From the sequence record OP978391.1: 64,000 bases of DNA; one strand, given 5' to 3'. The DNA is from Escherichia phage HP3.2. Each line of letters opens with the position of its first letter. Positions within the stretch are counted from its first letter, which is position 1. Below, one piece after another: positions 19,970 to 28,868 of this stretch. The notes under the pieces are model-generated. The model saw only the letters and a list, made by a program, of their open reading frames with translations, had not been told where the DNA came from and searched no databases. The translations under genes were made by a program, and so were the position numbers.

Positions 19970-20878
19970 TTAAGATTTAAGTAAATCGATAATTTTAATT
20001 AACTTTTCACGCTCAGATTTAGCTTTACTACTCAGTCCAGATAGTCTGAAAATTTCATCATCATATTGTTGAATAGAAATATTCAGCTCTTCAATTTGCT
20101 TATTAAAATAATCAATTTGCTCAGAATGTTTTTCATTACTACGAACTGGTACAGGTTTTGTAGGCAATTTAGTTGAACTGGATTCATCCGGGCGATAAAT
20201 TAAAATACAACTTGAACCAATAGGGCATTTTGCACCAGATGAATATTCTAATGTTCCGGCTTCTTTTAAAACTTCAAAAGCTAAACAGAGATGATGCCCC
20301 ATATTAACATAATCTGTAGAGTGAGCTCTGATATAATAATCATCGCCACGAATACTAAATTTAAAGCATTTAAGGTCTTCTGTATTATTGGTCTTAAAAA
20401 TCATTTGTTTATCTAGACCTTTAGCTAATCGAGCGCCTAATGCTAATAATCGTCGTTGATTTTCCCACAAATCTGCGATCATTTGGTCAAATGATAATTT
20501 CGGCATTAATCGACCATAAAGGTCATATCCTTTATTATAATTGCGAAGGATTTCACTCGCATTAATACGAGACAACGCTCCAATTTTATTAAGGGCTTTC
20601 ATGATGCGATTAGATAAACCCATTCCAGACCCGTTTGTTCGTTGTAAATGTTTATCTAATCCAAACCCAATATCAACTTTAAATTTATCTAAAATTTCAG
20701 CATGAACATCTCTGTCAATAACATTCAAATCCAAAGTTGGGTTAAATCTATGAAAAAATTTATCTGGCTCTCCACGACGAAGTACAGTCCATTCATTCAA
20801 TTTTTTATTAACTAAAGATTTAATTACTGCATTGACATTATTAATTACTACTGACATATTTTCCTCACTCAATTTCAA
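19970..20878 (-). CDS. Hypothetical protein with C-terminal coiled coil
   Basis: 302-aa ORF; C-terminus EQIDYFNKQIEELNISIQQYDDEIFRL... Confidence 0.5.
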   Translation of the reverse strand: MKLSEENMSVVINNVNAVIKSLVNKKLNEWTVLRRGEPDKFFHRFNPTLDLNVIDRDVHAEILDKFKVDIGFGLDKHLQRTNGSGMGLSNRIMKALNKIGALSRINASEILRNYNKGYDLYGRLMPKLSFDQMIADLWENQRRLLALGARLAKGLDKQMIFKTNNTEDLKCFKFSIRGDDYYIRAHSTDYVNMGHHLCLAFEVLKEAGTLEYSSGAKCPIGSSCILIYRPDESSSTKLPTKPVPVRSNEKHSEQIDYFNKQIEELNISIQQYDDEIFRLSGLSSKAKSEREKLIKIIDLLKS

Positions 20879-21272
20879 TTTTACTAAATATACAGAATAA
20901 GATGGAACAGACTATATAAGCACCACACACAGATTGAACTAATACCATTCCAAAGAACCAAACAATATTATCAAACAATGTCTGTTTTACGTCGAAAGGA
21001 CGTAAACTTACAGTAATATTATCGCCTTTTTCTATTGATGAATACATCTCTGGTGAAATATATTCGCTAAATCTATAACCGTCTTTGAGTTCATATACAG
21101 CAATAAACGATAAACTAGACCCCTTTCCTTGAGTTCCTGTAAAGGTATTAACTACAGTAACATCATAATCTTTATAATGCATATAATCATTAATTGCGTA
21201 ATAACCATATGCAACTACTACACATAAACAACATATCAATAAATTCAATCTTTTAATTATCAACTGTTTCAT
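20865..21272 (-). CDS. Membrane protein
   Basis: 135-aa ORF with N- and C-terminal hydrophobic segments. Confidence 0.5.
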   Translation of the reverse strand: MKQLIIKRLNLLICCLCVVVAYGYYAINDYMHYKDYDVTVVNTFTGTQGKGSSLSFIAVYELKDGYRFSEYISPEMYSSIEKGDNITVSLRPFDVKQTLFDNIVWFFGMVLVQSVCGAYIVCSILFCIFSKIEIE

Positions 21273-21327
21273 AATAATCTCAATTAAAAGGGCTTAGAAC
21301 CATTATACCATCCTTGGTATAAAGCGG

Positions 21328-21855
21328 TTATGCGAGTACCGTCTTTAACCGTTCTTCAAACTTCCGAAGAGTATTTTGGCGTTCAGCTCTTTGCTTTTTG
21401 TAAGTTTCAATACGCTCTGAAATGAGAGTGTATCGTTCATTTACTGATTCTTTCATAAAATCAGGAATTTCACGAGAAGCTTTAATCTCATCAAATTTAT
21501 CAATAACAGCTTGCTCTTCAGCAATTAAGTTATCATACATCAAAATATCTTTCTTGATGAACTCAATATCTTCTTGAGTTACACGAGATAATTTAGATGC
21601 TTTATCCTTTTTGTACTGTTCGTTAGTATCACGAGACCAGTGTAATGTACGATTTTTATTCGTATTCTTGTAAATTTCTACAATACCAATCTCATCGATA
21701 ATAACGATCCAATTCCAACGAGATTTGTAAATTTGTCCTCCGTCAACCGTGATTTCACCTCCGATTGAGATGTCATTAAAGAACTTGCTTTGTGCTTCAG
21801 ATTTAAATTTACCATCGTTGTAATTTACCAGGTTGAAAATATCTTTAGCGTTCAT
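21328..21855 (-). CDS. Hypothetical protein
   Basis: 175-aa ORF, charged C-terminal half. Confidence 0.5.
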   Translation of the reverse strand: MNAKDIFNLVNYNDGKFKSEAQSKFFNDISIGGEITVDGGQIYKSRWNWIVIIDEIGIVEIYKNTNKNRTLHWSRDTNEQYKKDKASKLSRVTQEDIEFIKKDILMYDNLIAEEQAVIDKFDEIKASREIPDFMKESVNERYTLISERIETYKKQRAERQNTLRKFEERLKTVLA

Positions 21856-21871
21856 TTTGTGTTCCTCCGTA

Positions 21872-21912
21872 GTTGATAGTTGTATAGTACCACAGAGGAA
21901 CAGTCTTGTAAA
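21872..21912 (-). promoter_or_regulatory. T4-type early promoter (conserved cassette)
   Basis: Minus strand reads GTTTAC, 18 nt, then GGTACTATACAACTATCAAC; same core recurs at 23311, 26901 and 37562. Confidence 0.5.
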
Positions 21913-21915
21913 CCA

Positions 21916-22218
21916 CTAAAAGAAACTTCTTTCACAATTTTTTCCACTGAACCATGCGCTTACCGCTTTCTTAGTCTCAGGAGCAGTGTTATCCATAAAC
22001 CATTCAAAGGCAGCCTTTTTATGATTCTGGAGGGCTTCTCGGGCTTTAATCTGCTCACGGTCTATTAACACTAACATATGAGCCTTTCTTGTCACCAAGG
22101 GCTTCTTATGATTCTTGGAGTATTCCCAGTCATTTGTCCAACGCATTGTCGTTGCGAACTGATGAACCGCGTCTTTAATTTTAGTTTCGTAAATTTCACG
22201 AGCCTTTGAGTATAACAT
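21916..22218 (-). CDS. Hypothetical protein
   Basis: ORF 21916..22230; start taken at MLYSKAREIYE, preceded by GGAGGTAG. Confidence 0.45.
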   Translation of the reverse strand: MLYSKAREIYETKIKDAVHQFATTMRWTNDWEYSKNHKKPLVTRKAHMLVLIDREQIKAREALQNHKKAAFEWFMDNTAPETKKAVSAWFSGKNCERSFF

Positions 22219-22319
22219 CACTACCTCCATTTACCAGTTTAATTCTAATCATCTTTTTGATGGCAGTCCATATAATCTATTTCTGAACTGCCTTTTTGTC
22301 ATAGAAGGCCTCTTATGAA

Positions 22320-23288
22320 TTATTTCAGAAGAGTAACCTCAGCGATTTCTTCCCAACCGTTTTTGTCGGTCATAATAAAGTCAGCAAGATAAAGTGCAGT
22401 ACGCAGTGAAACATTGCGTAAACGATTAACATTGACTTTCATCCATGATAATGCTTTATAAGTTTCTTCATCAGAAAGACCGCGTTTTTGCATCATGTCA
22501 GTTGAAAGAATAACATCTTCAACCCTGACCATAATTTCTTCATTAGTGTGAACACCCAAATCTAAATAAACCGAGCGGGAAACTAATGCTTGTAAATGTG
22601 GAGCAAGTTTAGTACCACGGTCTAATTCGCGGTCAATGTCAACGTTTGTGATAAAAACAATCGTTCCTTTAAATTCAAACTCACGCTCAATGCCTTTTTC
22701 TTCTAAGTAAGAAGATGCAGTGCTCCAGCAGACTTTGCGGGTCTCTCCGGTGTCCAGAGCAGCTTTCAGAAGATTAAGAATGTCCATATCAGAGAAAACA
22801 TCCACATCATCAATCAAAAGTACAGAATTCTCTTCACGATTATTCCAAAGCTGCTCATAAAGACCAATACCAGAGATTTTACCATTAATGCTTTTATATT
22901 CAATGTATCCAATATCATTTGCTTTATTTAAAGCTTTATCTAAAGAATACGTTTTACCAATACCCGCCGCACCAGAGATAATTAATGAACGAATGTTTCC
23001 GTTAATAATACCATTCGTCATCATTCCCATAACATTAAATCTTTTATTAATGCGGGTTTTCATATCTTCATACGATTCTTTAACTTCTTCAACTTTTACA
23101 CCATCATATGAAATGTCTGATTTGTAAACCCAAACACCGCGACGCTTACCGTCAATTTCAACAAAAACTTTACCATCTCCTTGTGCATCTACCGGAGCAT
23201 TATCTGGGAACCATTCACCTAAGAGCTCAAAAGTTCCAGAGATTTCTTTACCGAAGTAGATACCCTTATTGATAGTTACAGTTTTCAT
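22320..23288 (-). CDS. P-loop ATPase (AAA-like)
   Basis: Walker A GAAGIGKT and Walker B VLLIDDVD; start taken at MKTVTINKGIYFG after GGAGA (the ORF-track N-terminal extension crosses a promoter). Confidence 0.6.
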   Translation of the reverse strand: MKTVTINKGIYFGKEISGTFELLGEWFPDNAPVDAQGDGKVFVEIDGKRRGVWVYKSDISYDGVKVEEVKESYEDMKTRINKRFNVMGMMTNGIINGNIRSLIISGAAGIGKTYSLDKALNKANDIGYIEYKSINGKISGIGLYEQLWNNREENSVLLIDDVDVFSDMDILNLLKAALDTGETRKVCWSTASSYLEEKGIEREFEFKGTIVFITNVDIDRELDRGTKLAPHLQALVSRSVYLDLGVHTNEEIMVRVEDVILSTDMMQKRGLSDEETYKALSWMKVNVNRLRNVSLRTALYLADFIMTDKNGWEEIAEVTLLK

Positions 23289-23310
23289 TTTATTCTCCAA
23301 ATCCGTATCA

Positions 23311-23352
23311 GTTGATAGTTGTATAGTACCATAAAGCTTTATGCTTGTAAAC
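23311..23352 (-). promoter_or_regulatory. T4-type early promoter (conserved cassette)
   Basis: Minus strand reads GTTTAC, 18 nt, then GGTACTATACAACTATCAAC. Confidence 0.5.
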
Positions 23353-23375
23353 AATTTTGTGAAAAATTTTTGAAA

Positions 23376-23401
23376 TAAAAAAAGGGAGCCCGAAGGCTCC
23401 C
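23376..23401 (-). terminator. Rho-independent terminator
   Basis: Minus strand reads GGGAGCCTTCGGGCTCCC followed by TTTTTTT, directly after the stop of the 337-aa gene. Confidence 0.65.
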
Positions 23402-23403
23402 TA

Positions 23404-24417
23404 TCATTTATAATAACTTCGGTGGTTTTCAAGATAAACCCTCTCAAGGAAGTCATCCCAAAAACCCATGTCTACTTTTTGCTGCATACCGTTCTTAGAA
23501 GCTTCAGTAGATGCTGCTTCTACTTGATCGACCACATCTTCCAAAAACTCTTGAACCGTTTTAAATGGATGTTTACCCAACTTCACGTCGAGAATAAATG
23601 GAGCATCTTGGAGTGGATAAACCAAGTCACCAGTTTTGTAAATTTCCAATAGTTGGAGTCCACCACGGCAAGCATGACTCATAGCTTTCCAGTCAATACC
23701 TTCATTGGCTTCGGCCTTACGAGCACGTTCACCGTATTCAGCATCTAATTTGTTCAGTGACTGCTTAAGCTCAATAAGAGAAAGCGTTGTCTGATATTTA
23801 CGACCCAACACTGTGTAGAACGTCTGTGGGCCTGTTTTCTCATGATTATGGAACACCCATTCACAGAATTCGTTTTCTGGAAGACGATGCTTAATATCTT
23901 CAACTTTAGTACGACGCTGCTTAATAGAACCATCTTCTTGGTAATCAACCCATTGCTCAGGGATTTGATTAACTACTTTCAATACATCACGTAATGCAGC
24001 CAAACGAGAACCCTTAACGCCGTATTTAGAAGCTTGCTTACGGACATATCCTAAATAGGATTTCATGTTAGTCGTATAAAAACGAGAACGGTTGTCTTGA
24101 ATAAACTTCCACACATCAGGCAAATCAGATTTAACCACTAGTTCAGGTGGAGTGTGAAGCATATCTAACGCTACAGTTTCACCATCTGCTGCTAATTTAA
24201 AGAAATATTTAAGACTGTATAGTTCATGGTCAATATCATCTTTAGTGTTTTTAGATGATGTGTTGTTAGTGTTTTTACTCATGTGCTCTTTAACATTTCC
24301 GATAAGAATATCACGAGCAGGAGGAACAAAGATTTCTTTAAAATCTACATCAGATTCTGGGGTAGAAGTTCCATAAAGATGACTACCAAAATAGCTTTTC
24401 ATTACTGTTTTCATCAT
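23404..24417 (-). CDS. Pol-beta-superfamily nucleotidyltransferase-like protein
   Basis: 337-aa ORF; N-terminal GSHLYGTSTPESDVDF fits the G[GS]-x(9-13)-Dh[DE]h nucleotidyltransferase signature. Confidence 0.55.
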   Translation of the reverse strand: MMKTVMKSYFGSHLYGTSTPESDVDFKEIFVPPARDILIGNVKEHMSKNTNNTSSKNTKDDIDHELYSLKYFFKLAADGETVALDMLHTPPELVVKSDLPDVWKFIQDNRSRFYTTNMKSYLGYVRKQASKYGVKGSRLAALRDVLKVVNQIPEQWVDYQEDGSIKQRRTKVEDIKHRLPENEFCEWVFHNHEKTGPQTFYTVLGRKYQTTLSLIELKQSLNKLDAEYGERARKAEANEGIDWKAMSHACRGGLQLLEIYKTGDLVYPLQDAPFILDVKLGKHPFKTVQEFLEDVVDQVEAASTEASKNGMQQKVDMGFWDDFLERVYLENHRSYYK

Positions 24418-24875
24418 TCAGCCTTATATTCAATAACAGGACATACTTTAGCTTTACGAGCTTTTAAAAATTCAACGATAATCGATTTCTTGGGTTGAAT
24501 AGGAGGTAAACCTTTATACGCCCTATCAATATTTTCTACGTGTAAAGCATAATCCTTTTTCCATTTATAATCTTTATATTTTTCACGCAGTTGTGCAGGA
24601 ATAACAAATGAACCGACAATAAGTAAAACAAGCAAAATGGCAAGTATAAATGCTGATGGAATAAGAGTCCATAAACTACCAAAAATAAGCCATTTCTGTA
24701 TGATTTCTGCGCAGATGATAGTTAGACCTACGAGTATAGTACATCCGAAAAAAGAAACGAAAAATGTAGGGATAACAATAGACCAAAAGTATGCGCACAG
24801 CGTCTTAGGTCGTTGCCATTCATCGTTAAACAATTTGAATAATTTATAGTGCCAAGAGTTTTCATTAATAATCAT
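24414..24875 (-). CDS. Membrane protein
   Basis: 153-aa ORF with two long hydrophobic segments. Confidence 0.5.
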   Translation of the reverse strand: MIINENSWHYKLFKLFNDEWQRPKTLCAYFWSIVIPTFFVSFFGCTILVGLTIICAEIIQKWLIFGSLWTLIPSAFILAILLVLLIVGSFVIPAQLREKYKDYKWKKDYALHVENIDRAYKGLPPIQPKKSIIVEFLKARKAKVCPVIEYKAE

Positions 24876-24877
24876 AA

Positions 24878-25399
24878 TTATCCTTTCATTGAAGGTGTAA
24901 CAGTTGTTAAATACTTAATCATAGCTTCAGCTTCTGATTTTGATAATGAAATTTCTTCATTGTTTTGACGAATAGAAATAAAATCCGGATGACGGTCACC
25001 ACCAGCTTTTAAAACACACATATAAGTATCAGTTTCATCTTCAATATCTGAAATGATTGAAGCAGTTCCACATGAATGTGGTTTTTGATAAATCAATACA
25101 GCTTTTCTTCCACCGTTTGACTGTTCATAAACTTTTAACACATCAAACAAATCGCTTCTTTTATCAATAGCTAAGATGTTGTTTTCATCTTCAATATTAA
25201 ATCCTTCGGATACTTCATAAAGTGTCACCCATAAATCACCAATATCAATAACAGCGTTCACTTTTCCATGACTTTCAAGAGCATTACAAATTTTCTTAAT
25301 TTCATCATAACTCATTTTAATAATATCATCTCCTTGAATAAGGAAGATGTCATTTTTAAATTCAACACGAATTAAACCACTTCCACTTGAAATAAACAT
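24878..25399 (-). CDS. Hypothetical protein (paralog of the next gene)
   Basis: 173-aa ORF; C-terminus KSEAEAMIKYLTTVTPSM resembles KDEAIALKTYLDSVIPTM of its neighbour. Confidence 0.5.
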   Translation of the reverse strand: MFISSGSGLIRVEFKNDIFLIQGDDIIKMSYDEIKKICNALESHGKVNAVIDIGDLWVTLYEVSEGFNIEDENNILAIDKRSDLFDVLKVYEQSNGGRKAVLIYQKPHSCGTASIISDIEDETDTYMCVLKAGGDRHPDFISIRQNNEEISLSKSEAEAMIKYLTTVTPSMKG

Positions 25400-25405
25400 A
25401 TTTCC

Positions 25406-25963
25406 TCACTTTGAAATCATAGTTGGAATGACAGAATCGAGATAAGTCTTTAGCGCAATAGCTTCGTCTTTGGTAAATGTGACAATATACGATCGAAAAT
25501 CATCAATTTGACGAATAGTTAAGACATCACCATCTTCATAGCATTTTGATACGTTTAAAACAGTTTCATCATTCTGATTGCAAGCGTTAGTAATAATAGC
25601 ATTGCAATTTTTGAGCCATTTTAAACTATGTTTTCTTTCATTAGAATAATAAAAATATTTAATCTTAGCTATAAAGCTATCCCAATGGATAACTGATAAA
25701 CACATTGACTCACTTTTAATATTAAATCCTGGGCATGAAGAATAAAAATGAATTTTGTGCTCATCATTGATGCTTACTATTTTATCAGTATAAGGATATT
25801 CAATTTGGGTTAAATGAATGATTTCACTAGGCGTAAAATATAGCATATCGTCTTCTTGTGTCAAACGATACATATTATTTACTTTTTCTATAGCTAATTC
25901 ACCAAAAAGCGGACTAACTTCTAATACTAATCGTTTCATATTGATTCTCTTCGACTCACCCAC
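25406..25963 (-). CDS. Hypothetical protein (paralog of the previous gene)
   Basis: 185-aa ORF; start may instead be MKRLVLEV at 25939. Confidence 0.5.
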   Translation of the reverse strand: MGESKRINMKRLVLEVSPLFGELAIEKVNNMYRLTQEDDMLYFTPSEIIHLTQIEYPYTDKIVSINDEHKIHFYSSCPGFNIKSESMCLSVIHWDSFIAKIKYFYYSNERKHSLKWLKNCNAIITNACNQNDETVLNVSKCYEDGDVLTIRQIDDFRSYIVTFTKDEAIALKTYLDSVIPTMISK

Positions 25964-26087
25964 AATTACATACTCCTTTGAATAATATCAATAATGTTGT
26001 TCACCAGATTATAAGTAAACATTGGATAATTATATTGAATCATCACATACACAACAAACAAAACTTTCATTCTCTTCTCCTTGGCAG

Positions 26088-26129
26088 TTGACAAGATTAC
26101 TATATCATAATCTTGTCAACTTGTAAACC
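26088..26129 (-). promoter_or_regulatory. Early promoter overlapped by a perfect 13-bp inverted repeat
   Basis: Minus strand reads GTTTAC, 18 nt, then TATAGT; spacer and -10 lie inside the palindrome GTTGACAAGATTA-N8-TAATCTTGTCAAC. Confidence 0.45.
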
Positions 26130-26130
26130 A

Positions 26131-26304
26131 TTAAATGACGTTTTCAATAAAATTCTGAAGCTTTGTGTGAGCATCAACCATGATTTTCATTTCTTCCTTT
26201 GCGAAAGCTGTACCTCTTTCCCGAGCAGAATACTCATAGTCAGAAACTGCATTAGCATATTCTTCAATTAGCTTCATTAAAAACATCTGCTTTTCAGTTT
26301 TCAT
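26131..26304 (-). CDS. Hypothetical small protein
   Basis: 57-codon ORF MKTEKQMFLMKLIEEYANAVSDYEYSARERG... read by hand. Confidence 0.35.
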   Translation of the reverse strand: MKTEKQMFLMKLIEEYANAVSDYEYSARERGTAFAKEEMKIMVDAHTKLQNFIENVI

Positions 26305-26488
26305 TATTCCACCTAATCATTTCAAGATATTGAACTAACTTAGCTTTGGATTTATCCAAATCCTTTTTAGCTGCTTCTATACCGTCGTATGAATATCCTT
26401 CACAATGCTCAACTGCTAATTGGTATGAATCTATTTCAATATCACGTGCTAATTTAATGATTTTTTCAAACTGTTCACGTGTTAGCAT
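26294..26488 (-). CDS. Hypothetical protein
   Basis: 64-aa ORF. Confidence 0.4.
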   Translation of the reverse strand: MLTREQFEKIIKLARDIEIDSYQLAVEHCEGYSYDGIEAAKKDLDKSKAKLVQYLEMIRWNNEN

Positions 26489-26490
26489 AA

Positions 26491-26694
26491 TTAAACTCTC
26501 GTATTATGATCGATAATTTCATCAAGAAACATATCTAACGCTTCTAAAGCATTATCAACTTTAGCTTCAAATTTTTCAATACCTTTATTTGCAATGCCTG
26601 CCGAAAACCAAGCAAAGTCACTAAGTTCCTCATCTGCTTTGCGAATTAAAGCTACCAATTCTTTAATTTTATCTGCTTGTTCAATTCTAGTCAT
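26491..26694 (-). CDS. Hypothetical protein
   Basis: ORF 26491..26730; start taken at MTRIEQADK where it overlaps the upstream stop (TAATG). Confidence 0.4.
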   Translation of the reverse strand: MTRIEQADKIKELVALIRKADEELSDFAWFSAGIANKGIEKFEAKVDNALEALDMFLDEIIDHNTRV

Positions 26695-26927
26695 TATTCC
26701 ACCACATATGAAAGAGAGAATATTGCACACGCCATATGAGTTGCAGCTTCATCACACATATCATAACGTTTCTTAAGAAGTTCTACAAGTTCTTCACTAG
26801 TAACTTCATCCATGTCGACGAAAAAATCACCATTAATGATGACGTAGATATTTCCTTCTTGATTAAGTGCTTCAATTTTCATGATGTTCTCCTCTTTATC
26901 CGATAGTTGTATAGTATCACAGCTCAA
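26694..26927 (-). CDS. Hypothetical acidic protein
   Basis: 77-aa ORF downstream of an early promoter. Confidence 0.45.
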   Translation of the reverse strand: MSCDTIQLSDKEENIMKIEALNQEGNIYVIINGDFFVDMDEVTSEELVELLKKRYDMCDEAATHMACAIFSLSYVVE

Positions 26928-26940
26928 ATGGAAAGTAAAC
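26901..26940 (-). promoter_or_regulatory. T4-type early promoter
   Basis: Minus strand reads GTTTAC, spacer, then GATACTATACAACTATC. Confidence 0.45.
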
Positions 26941-26949
26941 CGGTAAAAT

Positions 26950-26973
26950 GAAAAAAGTCTCCCGAAGGAGACT
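26950..26973 (-). terminator. Rho-independent terminator
   Basis: Minus strand reads AGTCTCCTTCGGGAGACT followed by TTTTT, after the stop of ORF 26978..27364. Confidence 0.6.
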
Positions 26974-26977
26974 AATG

Positions 26978-27364
26978 TTATTCGAGGGAAAGAAGATATT
27001 TACTCTGGTAAAACATCCCAGTAATATCATCTATCGTGCTTTGAATGGCTGGAGGCATTTCTTTATAAATGCTGTTAGATTGGTCTAGTATGCGATCAAT
27101 CATTTTAATTGTGTCGGTAGGAAGTTTACTGGCATCTGGAATAGAAGGCGTGTATTTTCTACCAGAATACCCCAAATATTGCTCACCAAATTTATCAATC
27201 AAATCTGGCAACTCAGAGAAAATAAAATCGTATGCTTTGTGTCTAGCATAACTTTTAGTTTCAAAATGCGCAGAATGAAAATAAGCTTGTGCAGCCATTA
27301 ATAAACCTAAGTATTCATCTGCCTTTGAAGGTTTTCCACTTTGTGAAAAGTCGCTGAATTTCAT
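26978..27364 (-). CDS. Hypothetical protein, positional equivalent of T4 rI.1
   Basis: 128-aa ORF directly downstream of rI with ATGA overlap. Confidence 0.5.
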   Translation of the reverse strand: MKFSDFSQSGKPSKADEYLGLLMAAQAYFHSAHFETKSYARHKAYDFIFSELPDLIDKFGEQYLGYSGRKYTPSIPDASKLPTDTIKMIDRILDQSNSIYKEMPPAIQSTIDDITGMFYQSKYLLSLE

Positions 27365-27654
27365 TCAGTCTCCAATTTAATGTTCATAATTCTAGCGTAT
27401 GATTGTGCCATCTCCGCGCCTCGCTCTATACATTCAAAATCAGAAGAGCACGGGTCATTTTTATAGGTCGTTCTCATAAAACTATAGAATTGTTCAGACG
27501 ATTCTACGCTTTTATTTTCAAAAAGCATATAAACGTGCCTAATACCAGATTCCATAAATTTATCAAAATGAGGATCGACATTCGCTTCAATTGGTGGAGA
27601 TAAAGCAAACGCTAATCCTAGCATGGCAAATAGTGCCGTTGCTTTTAAGGCCAT
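27361..27654 (-). CDS. rI: Lysis-inhibition regulator RI
   Basis: 97-aa ORF MALKATALFAMLGLAFALSPPIEANVDPHFDKFMESG...; matches T4 RI from memory. Confidence 0.85.
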   Translation of the reverse strand: MALKATALFAMLGLAFALSPPIEANVDPHFDKFMESGIRHVYMLFENKSVESSEQFYSFMRTTYKNDPCSSDFECIERGAEMAQSYARIMNIKLETE

Positions 27655-27666
27655 AAAGGCCTCCTA

Positions 27667-27879
27667 TCATTTTTGTCCTGCATTTACTTTATGCCGATGC
27701 ACGGCCTTAACTTTATCAAGGTATTTTTCAAAATTTCGCAATCTAGTATAGTCTGCCGGAGATTGGTTGAGTGATACTTCTCGACGCAAAGCTGAAATGA
27801 TATTTCCAACTTCCCTACGAATTTCATCTAATTGAAGAACAGTAAGATTGCGAAGTTGCTTTTCAGTTAATTGTAGCAT
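27667..27879 (-). CDS. Hypothetical protein, positional equivalent of T4 rI.-1
   Basis: 70-aa ORF upstream of rI. Confidence 0.45.
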   Translation of the reverse strand: MLQLTEKQLRNLTVLQLDEIRREVGNIISALRREVSLNQSPADYTRLRNFEKYLDKVKAVHRHKVNAGQK

Positions 27880-27921
27880 ATATACCCCTTTAGTTAGATA
27901 AACCTATTTATAACTTTTGCA

Positions 27922-28503
27922 CTAACCGAGCTTTTTAGTTAATTCATTCCAATGTTTTCTACACAAAGAAACATAAATTTCATCACCAATACAGATTTGA
28001 TTACCTTCTTTAACTGGTGTTCCATCTTCCATTAATCGAGCTGTCATAATAGCTTTTTTACCACAATGACAAACTGCCTTTAGTTCAATAAGTTTATCTG
28101 CAATCGCCAAAAGTTCTTTAGAACCTTCAAATAATTTTCCAGCGAAATCAGTCCTTAGCCCATAAGCCATAACAGGAACATTATATGTATCAACAATTCG
28201 ACTTAATTGATGCACCTGTTCAGTTTTTAAAAACTGAGCTTCATCTACAAATACACAATGAATATCTTTTTGTGCTTCAGCCCATTTATAGAACTCAAAA
28301 ATATCCATATCATCCGTAATAATATTCGCTTCCTGCTTAATTCCAATGCGAGAAACGACTTCACAGACAGAATCGCGAGTATCAATAGCAGGCTTAAGAA
28401 CTAATACACCCATTCCGCGTTCTTTATAATTATGTGCAGCAGTCAAAAGAGAAGCAGATTTTCCAGCATTCATTGCTGCGTAAGTAAAAATTAAACTCGC
28501 CAT
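27922..28503 (-). CDS. tk: Thymidine kinase
   Basis: 193-aa ORF with P-loop AAMNAGKS; matches T4 Tk from memory. Confidence 0.9.
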   Translation of the reverse strand: MASLIFTYAAMNAGKSASLLTAAHNYKERGMGVLVLKPAIDTRDSVCEVVSRIGIKQEANIITDDMDIFEFYKWAEAQKDIHCVFVDEAQFLKTEQVHQLSRIVDTYNVPVMAYGLRTDFAGKLFEGSKELLAIADKLIELKAVCHCGKKAIMTARLMEDGTPVKEGNQICIGDEIYVSLCRKHWNELTKKLG

Positions 28504-28512
28504 ATCACCTTC

Positions 28513-28698
28513 TTAAAGCATATTCACATAAGCTATTAATTCGTTTTCTTTCTTATCAAACCGATCAGCAAATTCTTCTTGCTGTTCGGGAGATAGCGGG
28601 CCGTATTCATCATAAAAGGTGTTTGCTTCTGTATGCTCATCTAGAAGTTCATGGATAAGCTCAAACAATTTATCTTTTTGTTCTTTACTCAGACTCAT
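28513..28698 (-). CDS. Hypothetical acidic protein
   Basis: 61-aa ORF. Confidence 0.4.
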   Translation of the reverse strand: MSLSKEQKDKLFELIHELLDEHTEANTFYDEYGPLSPEQQEEFADRFDKKENELIAYVNML

Positions 28699-28868
28699 AT
28701 ATTAATTTCCAGGAGTTTTAAAATAATTCGCTTTTGCTTAAATATTTCCATAGTTAAATGACCAGTATCTTTTTGACCGATTCCAATGGCAAAACCTTTA
28801 TTGACAGCGAGTTCAATTAAATTATCAAGCTCACGTAACACTTCATACTGTAACTCAAAACTATTCAT
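28696..28868 (-). CDS. Hypothetical small protein
   Basis: 57-codon ORF MNSFELQYEVLRELDNLIELAVNKG... read by hand; ATGA overlaps on both sides. Confidence 0.35.

Noticed and set aside
22320-23456. Long N-terminal extension of the ATPase ORF (start at 23456)
   Set aside because: The extension runs through an early promoter and a terminator hairpin and overlaps the upstream gene; a start at 23288 with a GGAGA Shine-Dalgarno is far more plausible
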